From IMG/VR virus record IMGVR_UViG_3300026549_001031: 64,000 nt of DNA; one strand, given 5' to 3'. Position numbers and translations under genes: made by a program. The notes under the pieces are model-generated. The model saw only the letters and a list, made by a program, of their open reading frames with translations, made no database searches and had not been told where the DNA came from. This DNA is from a virus (taxonomy: Duplodnaviria > Heunggongvirae > Uroviricota > Caudoviricetes). Of the stretch, positions 18,737-29,513 are shown piece after piece (positions within the stretch are counted from its first letter, which is position 1; each line of letters starts with the position of its first letter).

Positions 18737-19825
18737 ATGCAGTATGATTTTAGTAAAATGCACTATCTTGACAAGAGATACAATTACAATATTGTAGTCA
18801 AGCCTAATACATTTAACAAGAACAGTGGAAAGGAGGTATTACAGTATGCAGTTGGGGCATTACTCTATATGCCTGCTTCAAATGATAAAGTAGCATCTCG
18901 AATTATTGCGGGACAGGCAGAACCATGGAAGTCAATCGTGCTTGACCTTGAAGATGCACTTGGAGATGATCTGGTAGGGTTTGGACAGAGAGCAATTGTT
19001 AAGACAGTCACTAAATTAGGTGATGCAATTAAGGATGGTAAACTTACAATTGATAATTTGCCTCTTATCTTTGTAAGAGTGAGAGAGCCTAAGCAGATTA
19101 AAGAGACACTTGAGATGCTGGGCGAGTATACACAGTACATAACAGGGTTTAACATTCCTAAATTTGATAAGACAACTTGTGATGAATACATCAAGGAGTT
19201 TGTCAGCGTCAGGAATGAAGTAAAGAGCAAGTATAAAACAGATTTGTACATTATGCCTATTATTGAGAACAAGAACACAATGTATAGACAGCTTAGAATG
19301 GATAATCTGTTATACATGAATGATAAGCTGCGAGCAATTCAGGATAGCGTACTCAACATTAGAGTTGGCGGTGCAGACTTCTGTAGTGTTTATGGAATCA
19401 GGAGAAGTATTACAGACGACATTTATGATATTGGTGTAGTACGTAGTGTACTTAATGACATTATGAATGTCTTTGGTAAAAGTTATATTGTCAGTGGTCC
19501 TGTATGGGAATACTTTGAAAATAAGGAGGATCCATCTGATGAGAGGTGGAGAGTAGGTTTACAGCATGAGTTATATGCTGATAGGTTGAATGGTTTCATT
19601 GGTAAAACAGTAATTCATCCTAGTCAAGTATTGGAAGTACAGTCAAGTTTAGTTGTGCACAAGGAAGATTATGATGATGCAATGAATATTATTGGAATGA
19701 ATGCAAACTTAACAGGGGTTAAAAAGAGTGCTGCAGGGAATAGGATGAATGAGGTCAAGACTCATTGGAACTGGGCACGTAAAATTGTTGGTTTAGCAAG
19801 TGTTTATGGTGTACGTGAAGATTAA
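18737..19825 (+). CDS. ter-associated HpcH/HpaI aldolase/citrate-lyase-like protein
   Basis: GALLYMPA, LDLEDA, NIRVGGADF, SGPVWEYF, GKTVIHPSQ and MNEVKTH. Confidence 0.85.
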   Translation: MQYDFSKMHYLDKRYNYNIVVKPNTFNKNSGKEVLQYAVGALLYMPASNDKVASRIIAGQAEPWKSIVLDLEDALGDDLVGFGQRAIVKTVTKLGDAIKDGKLTIDNLPLIFVRVREPKQIKETLEMLGEYTQYITGFNIPKFDKTTCDEYIKEFVSVRNEVKSKYKTDLYIMPIIENKNTMYRQLRMDNLLYMNDKLRAIQDSVLNIRVGGADFCSVYGIRRSITDDIYDIGVVRSVLNDIMNVFGKSYIVSGPVWEYFENKEDPSDERWRVGLQHELYADRLNGFIGKTVIHPSQVLEVQSSLVVHKEDYDDAMNIIGMNANLTGVKKSAAGNRMNEVKTHWNWARKIVGLASVYGVRED

Positions 19826-19869
19826 GTATGCATGATTTACTGAAAACCTTAACTAGTTATACAGTAAGG

Positions 19870-19898
19870 TTGACAAGAACAAAAATTTCAATTATAAT
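19870..19898 (+). promoter_or_regulatory. sigma-A-like promoter
   Basis: TTGACA-17nt-TATAAT. Confidence 0.75.
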
Positions 19899-19930
19899 AT
19901 AAATATAGTTAAGGTTGGAGGTAAATTGAT

Positions 19931-20617
19931 ATGTACGAGATTACAAAAGGATACAAGCAGGGAAGATCAGTATTATTTTATGACATTACAGATGTAATGA
20001 GTAAAGAGACACGAGAAAAAGTAGATAAGGATACAGTAGTTAAGTTAGCTGAAGCGGGAGAAGTGAAAGATACTAAAATTCAGTGGTGGCAGGGCAAGGC
20101 TATTGTGCGTAGTAATACTAAGTTTGACATTCTGAAGTTGAACGACAGCGGTGAGGTTGTAGGACAGGCACCAGTGGTTACGAGAAGTAGATCAGGTGTA
20201 AAAAGTGCAGCTCAGGTGTGCAAGGAGGTTTATGGCATGTATCCTCCTGAAAATAACATTGATGTTTCAGACAAGGCTACAGTGGTTGGTAGTATCAAGA
20301 CTAAAAGAAAGAGAAATGAAAAAGTGTTTGCAGGTTATGACATGGCAAATGTCAGAGAGGTACGCGAGAATAAACCTAATTTCAAGTTTGATAAAGACAG
20401 TACCATTGGAAATATGGTGCTTGACATGATCAAAGATTTTGGACTCAAGGATACAGAGACATACTATCAGCAGCTGGCTAAAAAAGTGGACATGAACAAA
20501 AAGGTTGAGACTACAAACAAAGCAATGGTTGCTGGCATTCAGAGAAGTGTAGCAACATATTTGATGAACATGGCTAACCTTGAGACAAGGGAGACTTATC
20601 TGAAATACACAGTGTAG
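19931..20617 (+). CDS. hypothetical protein (N-terminal repeated phage domain)
   Basis: N-terminus resembles the repeat in 3604-4161. Confidence 0.6.
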   Translation: MYEITKGYKQGRSVLFYDITDVMSKETREKVDKDTVVKLAEAGEVKDTKIQWWQGKAIVRSNTKFDILKLNDSGEVVGQAPVVTRSRSGVKSAAQVCKEVYGMYPPENNIDVSDKATVVGSIKTKRKRNEKVFAGYDMANVREVRENKPNFKFDKDSTIGNMVLDMIKDFGLKDTETYYQQLAKKVDMNKKVETTNKAMVAGIQRSVATYLMNMANLETRETYLKYTV

Positions 20618-20740
20618 TTTAAGGATATACACTGTCAATTACAAAAGAGATGCATATCAATTAAATAAGTAATACGTATAAAACTACTTCGAAAATAAAA
20701 GAAGTAGTTTTATTTTTATTTATAAATAAAGGAGAGAATT

Positions 20741-22147
20741 ATGAATAAGCATATGTTTAGGTGTTTAGGCATATTGACAGTTTTTACATTACTTGTAGGA
20801 ATGTTTGATAGCACTAAAATGGAGGTTTTTGCAGATAGTTATAATGTGGTTACACTGGGGGCAGATCTGTCTGAAGAGCAGAAAAACTTGATGTTCGATT
20901 ACTTTGGGGTAGATACAGATAATGTTCAGGTAATTACAGTAACAAATAAGGAAGAGCATGAGCTATTGGATGATGTAGCAACTAAGCAACAGATTGGTAC
21001 ACATACGTTTAGTTGTTCATACATAGAGCCAACAGATGAGGGTGGCATTCATATTAAGACAGCTAATTTGAATTGGGTCACCTGTGATATGATTAGAAAT
21101 GCATTGGTAACAAGTGGCATTACAGATTGTAATGTCGTTTGTGCAGCACCTATTGAGGTAAGTGGTACAGGTGCACTGACAGGCATATTTAAAGCATATG
21201 AGACAGTCAGTGGTGAGGAGATGGACGGTACAAAGAAAGAGCTTGCATCTGAAGAATTAGTTGAGACAGCTGAATTAGCAGATGACATTGGTCAGGATGA
21301 AGCAAGCAATATAATGAATGATGTTAAGCAGGATGTAATCAAAGATTCCGTTACAGATGATGATATAATCAAGGGTTTGGTAAAGAGCGCAGCTAAAACA
21401 CAGGGGGTTGAACTTAAGGATGAACAGATAGACAGTCTTGTGACATTCTTTAGTAAAATTGGTGCTTGTGATTATAACTTTGATGCAATTAAGAGTGCAT
21501 ATGATAGTTTAGATAAGACAGCAGCTGATGCACTAGAGAGTGCTAAAGAGACAGCTGGATTTTTAGGTAAAATCAGAGATTTCTTTAGTGACTTATGGGC
21601 TAAAATAAACGGTTCATATGAGGAAAAACAAGAGGCAGCTAAAGAAGAGCAGAAGCAAAAGAGTTTAGGTATATTGAACAATGTAAAGGATGATGTGCTT
21701 GGAGCCAAAGCAGTTGTAACAGATACAGATGGTGGAGCTAGCAGTACTGAAGAAAATAATACAAAAGAGAATAAAGAGAGTACACATAAGGAACATTGGT
21801 ATGACTTCATATTAACATGGTTTAATGCAGGAAACAATGATACAGACAGCGATAAAAAAGAGACACAAACAGAGATAAAGAGGGAGCAGACACCTAGGAA
21901 AAAGAGTAATAACAGTTCACAAAGTGAAAACTCACAGGTTGAGGAAAATTCACAGAGTGATAAGAACAGCTTAGATAAAGCAGGCAGTCAATCAAATAGC
22001 GATGAGAGCTCAAATAAAAATGAGAATGACAAGGGAAACTTAGGGTATGTCACTTATGATGTAGAAAATGCAAATAAAGAGAGCACAGGGCAGGATAACA
22101 ATAGTAAGGGGTCACAGGATAATTCGTTTGACAGCTTGGTGCAATAG
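20741..22147 (+). CDS. secreted DUF1002-domain protein
   Basis: Signal peptide; VTLGADL and EVSGTGALTGIFKAYE motifs; low-complexity tail. Confidence 0.8.
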   Translation: MNKHMFRCLGILTVFTLLVGMFDSTKMEVFADSYNVVTLGADLSEEQKNLMFDYFGVDTDNVQVITVTNKEEHELLDDVATKQQIGTHTFSCSYIEPTDEGGIHIKTANLNWVTCDMIRNALVTSGITDCNVVCAAPIEVSGTGALTGIFKAYETVSGEEMDGTKKELASEELVETAELADDIGQDEASNIMNDVKQDVIKDSVTDDDIIKGLVKSAAKTQGVELKDEQIDSLVTFFSKIGACDYNFDAIKSAYDSLDKTAADALESAKETAGFLGKIRDFFSDLWAKINGSYEEKQEAAKEEQKQKSLGILNNVKDDVLGAKAVVTDTDGGASSTEENNTKENKESTHKEHWYDFILTWFNAGNNDTDSDKKETQTEIKREQTPRKKSNNSSQSENSQVEENSQSDKNSLDKAGSQSNSDESSNKNENDKGNLGYVTYDVENANKESTGQDNNSKGSQDNSFDSLVQ

Positions 22148-22274
22148 CAGTGGAACTTAAATATGGTCTGAACTATACCTTTTAGATGCTGAACTATGAC
22201 TATAATATATGCATTGGTTTCAAATTAAAGTAGTTTTAATAAATAAAAAATTAAGTTAATTGGAGGTCAGTGTT

Positions 22275-22886
22275 ATGGCATTAGTAATGAAGATAGTAGG
22301 CATTAGTAACAAAAAGAACGGCATGAATTATTCTGTGGCTGATGGCAGTAGAGAACCTGATGGATCATTAAGAACAATGCAGGTCAACAAGTATCAGATT
22401 GTAAGTGCAGTACTTGGAGGCAATAACATTTGTAATGTTAGGCTTAACAAGAAAGGGTTTGGCATTAAGCAGGATGATAACAGAGTGAAATATGTGCAGG
22501 TAGACTTTGATTCTAATACAAGGGTACTTGTAAATAATTACATTGCACAGAGAAAAGCTGCTGAGGAGGCAGTTAGAGAAGAGAGTAGACGTAGAAAAGC
22601 TGAAGAAGAGAAGAAACAAAGGATCAATGTGCATGTAGAAATCAATGGTAACAAGGGGCAGAGTACAGCAATACATTATCATGGAGATTACTACTCTAGT
22701 CCTGAGAGATTATGCAAGAAGTTCAATGCAGATCCACATAAGTTTATTGAGTTATACAATAAAGGATACTCTATTGATGAGGCACTTGGACTTAAGAAAT
22801 TAAGACCTATCGAGGAAGTAAGAAAGACAGCAGCTAGAAGAGCAAAGTTACTTGATAGTATGTCAGCTAGTCGTGGCGAATGTTAG
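22275..22886 (+). CDS. hypothetical protein
   Basis: ORF with GGAGG SD; N-terminal repeated-domain-like segment. Confidence 0.6.
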   Translation: MALVMKIVGISNKKNGMNYSVADGSREPDGSLRTMQVNKYQIVSAVLGGNNICNVRLNKKGFGIKQDDNRVKYVQVDFDSNTRVLVNNYIAQRKAAEEAVREESRRRKAEEEKKQRINVHVEINGNKGQSTAIHYHGDYYSSPERLCKKFNADPHKFIELYNKGYSIDEALGLKKLRPIEEVRKTAARRAKLLDSMSASRGEC

Positions 22887-22906
22887 TTTAGTTAGGAGGT
22901 ATACAC

Positions 22907-23620
22907 ATGTTAAGGGTTTGGGTTACAAATAAATTACTTGACAACAATACAGGAAAACTTGTGGGCTATGTAATTAGCGATGTTGATACAGGTCAAACAA
23001 TGAGAGTTGCAAAGGATCAGTTAAAGATGGCAGTAATCAATAAGCAGTGTGAGTGTATGAATATGACACTTACATGTGATGGTAGACTTATTGGAAAAGC
23101 ATCTAGGTTACCTGCAAACGCAGCTAATATGGAGTTTGCTAGCAGAAATGCAGTGGCTAATACTAGCATACCTGTGATTGATGCAGTATTGACTAATGGT
23201 AGAGGAATTGGAGCAGTACGAATTAAAGATGCAACAGGTAATTCAAGCTTTATGAGTGGATTGATTGCAAAGAATAGTTTAGCATCTGGCACTATTGTAG
23301 GAGATGTGCAAAATGTTCCTCGCAGATCATATAGTAAGTTTAGAAATACCTTTATCAATAATTGCAAATGCAGTGATAAAGATTTTGCAGTCAGCAAAGT
23401 TGGAAGTTCACACAGTACAGATTATGTAGTACAGGGACCATTTGATGCTATTAGCAGTGTAATAGTTGAGAATGGCTTACTCTCAAACAAGATTAAGCCT
23501 GTTGAATATTTAAGTGCAGACACATTAAGGGTTCAGTGCTTAACTGGAGTAAATGATGTACGTAAAGCAGTTAAGGATGCATTTAGAAAAGCAGAGGCAG
23601 CCAAAAAGAAAAGGGCTTAA
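22907..23620 (+). CDS. hypothetical protein (N-terminal repeated phage domain)
   Basis: GKLVGYVISD...MRVAKDQL...N pattern; SD. Confidence 0.6.
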   Translation: MLRVWVTNKLLDNNTGKLVGYVISDVDTGQTMRVAKDQLKMAVINKQCECMNMTLTCDGRLIGKASRLPANAANMEFASRNAVANTSIPVIDAVLTNGRGIGAVRIKDATGNSSFMSGLIAKNSLASGTIVGDVQNVPRRSYSKFRNTFINNCKCSDKDFAVSKVGSSHSTDYVVQGPFDAISSVIVENGLLSNKIKPVEYLSADTLRVQCLTGVNDVRKAVKDAFRKAEAAKKKRA

Positions 23621-23764
23621 GACACTAGATTAGGTTTAGCTAGTATGTGGAGATTGAGACAGGGCAGTAATTGGGGCATACATCAAAAAATTGGTGTATG
23701 TCCTAATTTTATGCTTGTGTATATATGAAAATATATTTATTTTTATTTTAAGTGAGGTAAGATT

Positions 23765-24877
23765 ATGCATTGTGTGTTGTATTTCAATCAGTGGTTTTCA
23801 TCTATAGGAAATATTATAAAAAAGATTAAGGAGACAAATCCTGGTGTTTATGTAATTGCATCTTCTAAAAATCCTGATCATGTGTATAAAGCCTTTGTAG
23901 ACAAGTTTATTGTGGAAGAGGACTATGCAAATGTAGATGATTACATTGATTTTGTAGTAAATACTTGTAAGGAAAATAAGGTAAACTTATTCTTTGTGAA
24001 AGCTAAGCAGTTAGAAATTGCAAAGAACAAGGATAAGTTTAATGAGATAGGGACAGGGCTTGTGCTTGAAAATTATGATACATTGGAGAAATTAAGTAGC
24101 AAGGCAGATGTTTATGCTAGACTTGGGGAGGTAGACTTCCTTAAATGGCTGATACCTGACTATTACATTTCGAACAAATATCATAACACTAATCATAGTT
24201 GGGTGTGGCAATCTATAGAAAATGAAACATTTTGTTTCAAATATGATAGTGATGAGGGTGGCATGTCATTTAGGAGAGTGAGAGACATTAGCTTAAATAT
24301 AGATACACTTAGAGATCAGCAATCTAACATAGTGAGTAAGGAACAAGCAATTAATATGATTAAGAATGCAAGCAGGGAACAATTGAACAAAGTATTGTTT
24401 ATGGAGATACTTGATTCACCTGAAATCAGCGTTGATTGCTATAATAGTAAGAAGGGGTTCATAGCAGTATGTAGATGTAAGGAGCAAAGAAAACAGAGAG
24501 TATTCTATAACGAACTATTGTATTACATATGCAAGGAGATTGCTAATACATATGAGTTTAAGGGTCCTTTCAATGTGCAGTTTAGGTTTAAGCATGGGTC
24601 AGATACAGACAGCTTAACAAATATCAGGTTGCTCGAGATAAATCCTAGAATGTCAGGTGGTTTATACTATCTTGCAGCAGTAGGTTTGGATATTGCACAG
24701 GCAGTATTAAAGGATGCATTAGATGAAAAGGGAATAGGCACTGATATAAGAGATTATAATATTGATGAGTTTAGAAATTTCAAGGATAAATATGTGACAT
24801 ACATTGAACATGCAGTAGTGTTGCAGGGTAAAAATAGAGAAATAGACTTAGTGGAGGTTAGGAACAGTGGAAAATAA
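23765..24877 (+). CDS. ATP-grasp protein (ter-associated type)
   Basis: YFNQWFS N-terminus, GGMSFR, PEISVDC, FNVQFR and LLEINPRMSGG. Confidence 0.85.
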   Translation: MHCVLYFNQWFSSIGNIIKKIKETNPGVYVIASSKNPDHVYKAFVDKFIVEEDYANVDDYIDFVVNTCKENKVNLFFVKAKQLEIAKNKDKFNEIGTGLVLENYDTLEKLSSKADVYARLGEVDFLKWLIPDYYISNKYHNTNHSWVWQSIENETFCFKYDSDEGGMSFRRVRDISLNIDTLRDQQSNIVSKEQAINMIKNASREQLNKVLFMEILDSPEISVDCYNSKKGFIAVCRCKEQRKQRVFYNELLYYICKEIANTYEFKGPFNVQFRFKHGSDTDSLTNIRLLEINPRMSGGLYYLAAVGLDIAQAVLKDALDEKGIGTDIRDYNIDEFRNFKDKYVTYIEHAVVLQGKNREIDLVEVRNSGK

Positions 24878-25469
24878 ACAGAGACAGCAGGAAAATGAAA
24901 ACATGCAGGATACGGAAGAGGTGAGGCATAATAAGAAAAAAGTAAGTACAGCTCAATTAATAGGCAGGGAACTTATGAAATTTGTACTTGCAATAGCAAT
25001 TACAGCTGGTCTAACATTTTTGTCAATAAGATACATTGCTCAAATTGTTGACGTGTCTGGTGATAGTATGAATAACACTTTGCATGATGGGCAGACATTA
25101 TGGATAAATAAGTTTGACAAACAATATGATAGGTTTGACATTATAGTGTTTAGACATGGTGCATCAGTAGATGATGATGGATATGCAATTGGGGATGAGA
25201 ATCTTATAAAAAGAGTAATTGGACTTCCTGGAGAGACAGTCAGGATTGATGAAAAAGGCAGAATATACATCAATGGTGATGAGCTCAACGAGAACTATGG
25301 AAAAGATACCATTGATGATCCTGGTCGAGCAGTTAAAGAAGTAAAATTAGCAGATGATGAATACTTTGTACTTGGAGATAACAGAAATGACAGTTTAGAT
25401 TCAAGATATGAAGTAGTTGGGAACATTAAGAAGTCTGATATAATTGGAAAATTATTTAAGAAGTACTAG
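24867..25469 (+). CDS. lepB: signal peptidase I
   Basis: TM segment, VSGDSM (catalytic Ser), IKRVIGLPGE (catalytic Lys) and GDNRNDSLDSR. Confidence 0.92.
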   Translation: MENKQRQQENENMQDTEEVRHNKKKVSTAQLIGRELMKFVLAIAITAGLTFLSIRYIAQIVDVSGDSMNNTLHDGQTLWINKFDKQYDRFDIIVFRHGASVDDDGYAIGDENLIKRVIGLPGETVRIDEKGRIYINGDELNENYGKDTIDDPGRAVKEVKLADDEYFVLGDNRNDSLDSRYEVVGNIKKSDIIGKLFKKY

Positions 25470-25517
25470 TATTTGTAAATTTCAATAAAAAGTGATATAA
25501 TATAGGAGAAAGCTAAA

Positions 25518-26786
25518 ATGAGAAATGATGATGTAAGAAAGTATGTTAATAACATTGTAGAAAGGGAGGGCATGAACATAGGGAAGTTTATCACAGTCGA
25601 GAAAAGGGATAAAAACACTAAGAGAGATTTTCTATTCGTTAACAAAGAGCAGTGTAAGCATATACCTTGTAAGGCAAGTGACATGATTGATATGTGTAAA
25701 GCACTTGGAGAAGGAGTTGCAAGCATACTCAAAGAAAGAAAATCAAAGAGTTGTTTAGTTATAGGCTTTGCAGAGACAGCAACAGCAATTGGACAGATTG
25801 TGGCAGACACATTAGATTTTGGCGTTAAGCAGTGTGCAGTAAAATACACCGTGACTACAAGAGAAGATGTACAAGGAACAGAAAACTTACTAACATTCGA
25901 GGAAGAGCATAGTCATGCAACAACTCAAAAACTGCTTTGTGTAGAGGGTGTTACAGACAATGATATTTCTGATTATGACACAGTAGTGTTTGTAGATGAT
26001 GAATTAACTACGGGAAATACAATCATAAACTTTATAAAAGCATTAAAGTCAAAGAGTAAGACAGAATTTAATGGACACTTCGTTGTAGCTAGTGTCTGTA
26101 ATTGGCAGGATAAGGCATCAAAAAAGAGATTTGAAGGACATGGAATTGAAACAGTTGCATTGTTTAGTGGTGAGATTGCAGACGTAAATGCAAAAGTCAT
26201 TGGAGAATACAGTGAAAACAGTGGTTTGATGGAGTATGTACCTAGTAGTTCAAATGTCACATACCTTGACTTGAGAGATACAGAGTACAAAGAAATGATG
26301 TTTGAGTCATCTAGAGTAGTAGATGATATCATGTACAAAAGAGAGTATGCAGTGGAAACATGTGATAAAATACTTGATCTGCTTGGAGTAGACATTAGAA
26401 ATAATGGATATAAACATATAAGAGTGATTGGTACAGAGGAGTTTATGTATGTACCTATTAAACTTGCACTTGGACTTGAGAAAACAGTAAAGGGCGGTGT
26501 TGATGTAGTATGTCAGGCAACTACAAGAAGTAGTATTGCAGTGTCAAAAGAGCATAGTAGCTTTAAGGATAGTATTGTATGCAAGTCAAAAGTGAGCAGC
26601 GTGTACAGTAAAGATAGAAATACATACATATACAATTTAGTACATAGAGCAAAAGGTGGCAGCACAGAGAGAGAGCAGGAGTTAGTACTTCTGATAACAG
26701 ATAGTAGCAATGAGAAGCAGGTAAAGAAGCTTAGCGAAGAATTGAGTGGACTTACAAATAGCAAGGTTTATGCAATATTAGTTTAA
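25518..26786 (+). CDS. ter-associated phosphoribosyltransferase (PRTase plus TRSP-type C-terminus)
   Basis: IGFAETATAIG, FEEEHSHAT, FVDDELTTG, GTEEFMY and ATTRS. Confidence 0.85.
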   Translation: MRNDDVRKYVNNIVEREGMNIGKFITVEKRDKNTKRDFLFVNKEQCKHIPCKASDMIDMCKALGEGVASILKERKSKSCLVIGFAETATAIGQIVADTLDFGVKQCAVKYTVTTREDVQGTENLLTFEEEHSHATTQKLLCVEGVTDNDISDYDTVVFVDDELTTGNTIINFIKALKSKSKTEFNGHFVVASVCNWQDKASKKRFEGHGIETVALFSGEIADVNAKVIGEYSENSGLMEYVPSSSNVTYLDLRDTEYKEMMFESSRVVDDIMYKREYAVETCDKILDLLGVDIRNNGYKHIRVIGTEEFMYVPIKLALGLEKTVKGGVDVVCQATTRSSIAVSKEHSSFKDSIVCKSKVSSVYSKDRNTYIYNLVHRAKGGSTEREQELVLLITDSSNEKQVKKLSEELSGLTNSKVYAILV

Positions 26787-26803
26787 TTAGGAGGACAGTT
26801 AAA

Positions 26804-28009
26804 ATGAGACAGTTTGGCATGATTACAGAGGATGGAACATGTAACAAGAAGTTGATGGACATGGATAAGTTGGTTAAGACATCCTACAAGAAAGAGGACG
26901 TGGTGGTTTTACTGAAAAACCTATCTGATTGTATGAAAGAACTTCCAACAGAAGAGAGGGAAAAACTTATTCAGAGCGGTGTACATTACAGTGAAATGTT
27001 ACCTCAGGAGAAGGCACCTTCAGCAGAATATGAAGCATTATATGAAAAAGCACTTGCAAACAAGAAATTGGAAATTGCAAATGATATTGCAGTTGTGTCA
27101 GAGATGATCCTGGATGAGTCGTTGTATAAAGAGATGGGGCATGTGCCTGTAATTATTAGTTTGGCACGAGCAGGTTTACCTGTAGGTATCCTCATTAAGA
27201 GATATCTTAAATACAAGTACAATATTGATTGTCCTCACTATGGAATTTCAATTATTCGTGATAAAGGAATCGACAAGAATGCTATGGAGTACATCTATAA
27301 AACAGAATGCATCGAGCATGGCAATTCAGTTATGAACATGTTCTTTGTTGATGGTTGGACAGGAAAAGGTGTAATTGATCAGCAGGTTAAAGAGGCAGTT
27401 GCAGACTTGGCAAAAGAGGACTCTAAGAAATGGGGCATGTTGAGTGATGAGTTGTACGTGCTGGCAGATCCTGCTAACATTCTGGAGGGTTGTGGTACAC
27501 ATGAGGATTACTTATTACCTAGTGCTTGCTTGAACAGTACAGTAAGTGGTCTGACCAGTAGAACAATTCTGAATCAGCATATCAATGTTGAGGATGGAGA
27601 CTTTCATGGTGCTGTTTACTTCAACAAGTTTGAGGATATCGACAAGAGTAATGAGTTTATCGACACTGTTTCAAATGAGTTCCCTCATACAGAAGAAGTA
27701 ACAGTGGACAAAATTAACAGTATGAAACCTGAAGAGGGCTGGACAGGCATGAGTATTGTGCAGGACATTTGTAAGTTAATGAATGTACCTGACTATAAAA
27801 AAGTTAAGCCTGGTATTGGAGAAACAACAAGAGTGTTGTTGCGTAGAGTACCTTGGAAAGTACTTATCAATAAGGACATTAGTGAGGATGACCCTGACAT
27901 TCAGCATATTTTGGTACTTTGTAGAGAAAAGAAGATTCCTACAATGAGATGGGATTTAGGACATTATAAAGTGTGTGGAATCATTAAGGAATTGAGTGCA
28001 GATGCTTAA
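26804..28009 (+). CDS. ter-associated StiP-like protein (PRTase-like plus PELOTA-type domain)
   Basis: HYSEMLP, SLARAG, FVDGWTGKG, PSACLNSTVSGL and KPGIGETTRVLLRRVP. Confidence 0.85.
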   Translation: MRQFGMITEDGTCNKKLMDMDKLVKTSYKKEDVVVLLKNLSDCMKELPTEEREKLIQSGVHYSEMLPQEKAPSAEYEALYEKALANKKLEIANDIAVVSEMILDESLYKEMGHVPVIISLARAGLPVGILIKRYLKYKYNIDCPHYGISIIRDKGIDKNAMEYIYKTECIEHGNSVMNMFFVDGWTGKGVIDQQVKEAVADLAKEDSKKWGMLSDELYVLADPANILEGCGTHEDYLLPSACLNSTVSGLTSRTILNQHINVEDGDFHGAVYFNKFEDIDKSNEFIDTVSNEFPHTEEVTVDKINSMKPEEGWTGMSIVQDICKLMNVPDYKKVKPGIGETTRVLLRRVPWKVLINKDISEDDPDIQHILVLCREKKIPTMRWDLGHYKVCGIIKELSADA

Positions 28010-28061
28010 GGTTTAAAGGTTTGGACATAAAAGACATAAAGGACTAGGAGCAGTTGGTAGA

Positions 28062-28628
28062 ATGATGGTTAAGAACAACATTAAATATGTGCTTGAGCAG
28101 TATCAAGGGAATTTAAGCTCACCTGTAATTGTTTATATTGTCACTAAAGATAATGGTATATACATTGGTCATAAGGCAAAGGACATTGCAGGTGGATATG
28201 ATGTAACATGGTGTTGCAAAATGGAGCATCAGGATAAGTATGACAGACATGAAAGTATTGTTTCTATACTTAAGGAAGTAGGGAAGGATAACAGTACAAA
28301 AGTAGTTTATTCAGGTCAGAACAAGGGTAAGCAGGGAGATGATGTACCTGCTTTACTCTATAACATAGAGGGTTCAGTTCACAAGCATAACAGAAAAATG
28401 TATGAGCAGGTTGTACTTGAGAATTTTAATAGAGAAGCATGTGCTAGACTTGACGAGGCAATGATGAGTATGAGAGGGCCTCAGTTAGTGGAAGAGCAGA
28501 GAAAGAATGTGAGATCAAAATTAAAAGAGAGTGAGATCACTGAATTACATGGAATCAACAGTAAATTAGAAGCAGCTGGCATGGTAGTTGAGGGTAAAGA
28601 GAATTTAGATATCAAGGTAGACTTTTAG
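28062..28628 (+). CDS. hypothetical protein
   Basis: ORF with SD. Confidence 0.55.
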   Translation: MMVKNNIKYVLEQYQGNLSSPVIVYIVTKDNGIYIGHKAKDIAGGYDVTWCCKMEHQDKYDRHESIVSILKEVGKDNSTKVVYSGQNKGKQGDDVPALLYNIEGSVHKHNRKMYEQVVLENFNREACARLDEAMMSMRGPQLVEEQRKNVRSKLKESEITELHGINSKLEAAGMVVEGKENLDIKVDF

Positions 28629-28643
28629 AGCAGGAGAAATAAC

Positions 28644-29444
28644 ATGAAGAAACATATATTATATGCATCTGACTTGGATAGAACACTCATTTTTTCAAAA
28701 AGATTCATAGATGAAAGTAATTTTAAGGGTGCTTATGAACTTGTAGAGACAAAGACAAACGAGGATGGTAGCATTGAGAAAATTTCATATATGTCACCAT
28801 CTGTTAAAGAGGGCATTCAGGAATTGAATAGCAATGATCAGATTACATTTGTACCTGTGACAAGCAGAAGCCTGGAGGAGTATAACAGAGTCAAATTAGG
28901 GTTTGTACCTGAATATGCAATAGTAGCAAATGGAGGACTTATTATTCATAATGGAGAGATCGTTAAAGAGTGGAGTGAGTACATTAGAAAGAATGTGAGT
29001 CTACCTAGGTTAATGCAATTAAGCATGGAATTATCAGAGTTTAAGAGCTTAGATCCTGATAGGATGCCTAGGTTAATTGATGGATGTTACTTATTTACAA
29101 AAACAGTTCATCATCAGAAATTTGATGAGGAGGCAGATGCTATTTCAGTAGCATATGAGGATATTGACTTTACACGTCAGGGTAATAAATGTTACCTTAT
29201 TCCTAAATGCTTTTCTAAACAGGTGGCATTAAGGTGGTTGTGGAACAAGTTAAACAAACCTTATATCATTGCATCTGGGGATAGTCAGTTAGATTTACCT
29301 ATGTTGGCACTGGCTAACAAGGCTATCATTCCTGATCATGGTGCTTTAATTAAAGAGGGCATTGTGACAGACGCTAGGACAGTGTCAGGTGGAGTGGAGA
29401 GTCCTTTGAGAACAATTGAGTTTATCAAGGGATTTTTAGAATAG
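28644..29444 (+). CDS. HAD-superfamily hydrolase (ter-associated type)
   Basis: ASDLDRTL, PVTSR, ANGG and ASGDSQLD. Confidence 0.88.
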   Translation: MKKHILYASDLDRTLIFSKRFIDESNFKGAYELVETKTNEDGSIEKISYMSPSVKEGIQELNSNDQITFVPVTSRSLEEYNRVKLGFVPEYAIVANGGLIIHNGEIVKEWSEYIRKNVSLPRLMQLSMELSEFKSLDPDRMPRLIDGCYLFTKTVHHQKFDEEADAISVAYEDIDFTRQGNKCYLIPKCFSKQVALRWLWNKLNKPYIIASGDSQLDLPMLALANKAIIPDHGALIKEGIVTDARTVSGGVESPLRTIEFIKGFLE

Positions 29445-29513
29445 ACATATACTTGTAAAAATCAAGTTTTTGTGATATAATATATAAGAAAAGTTAAGAA
29501 AGGAGTAAATAAT

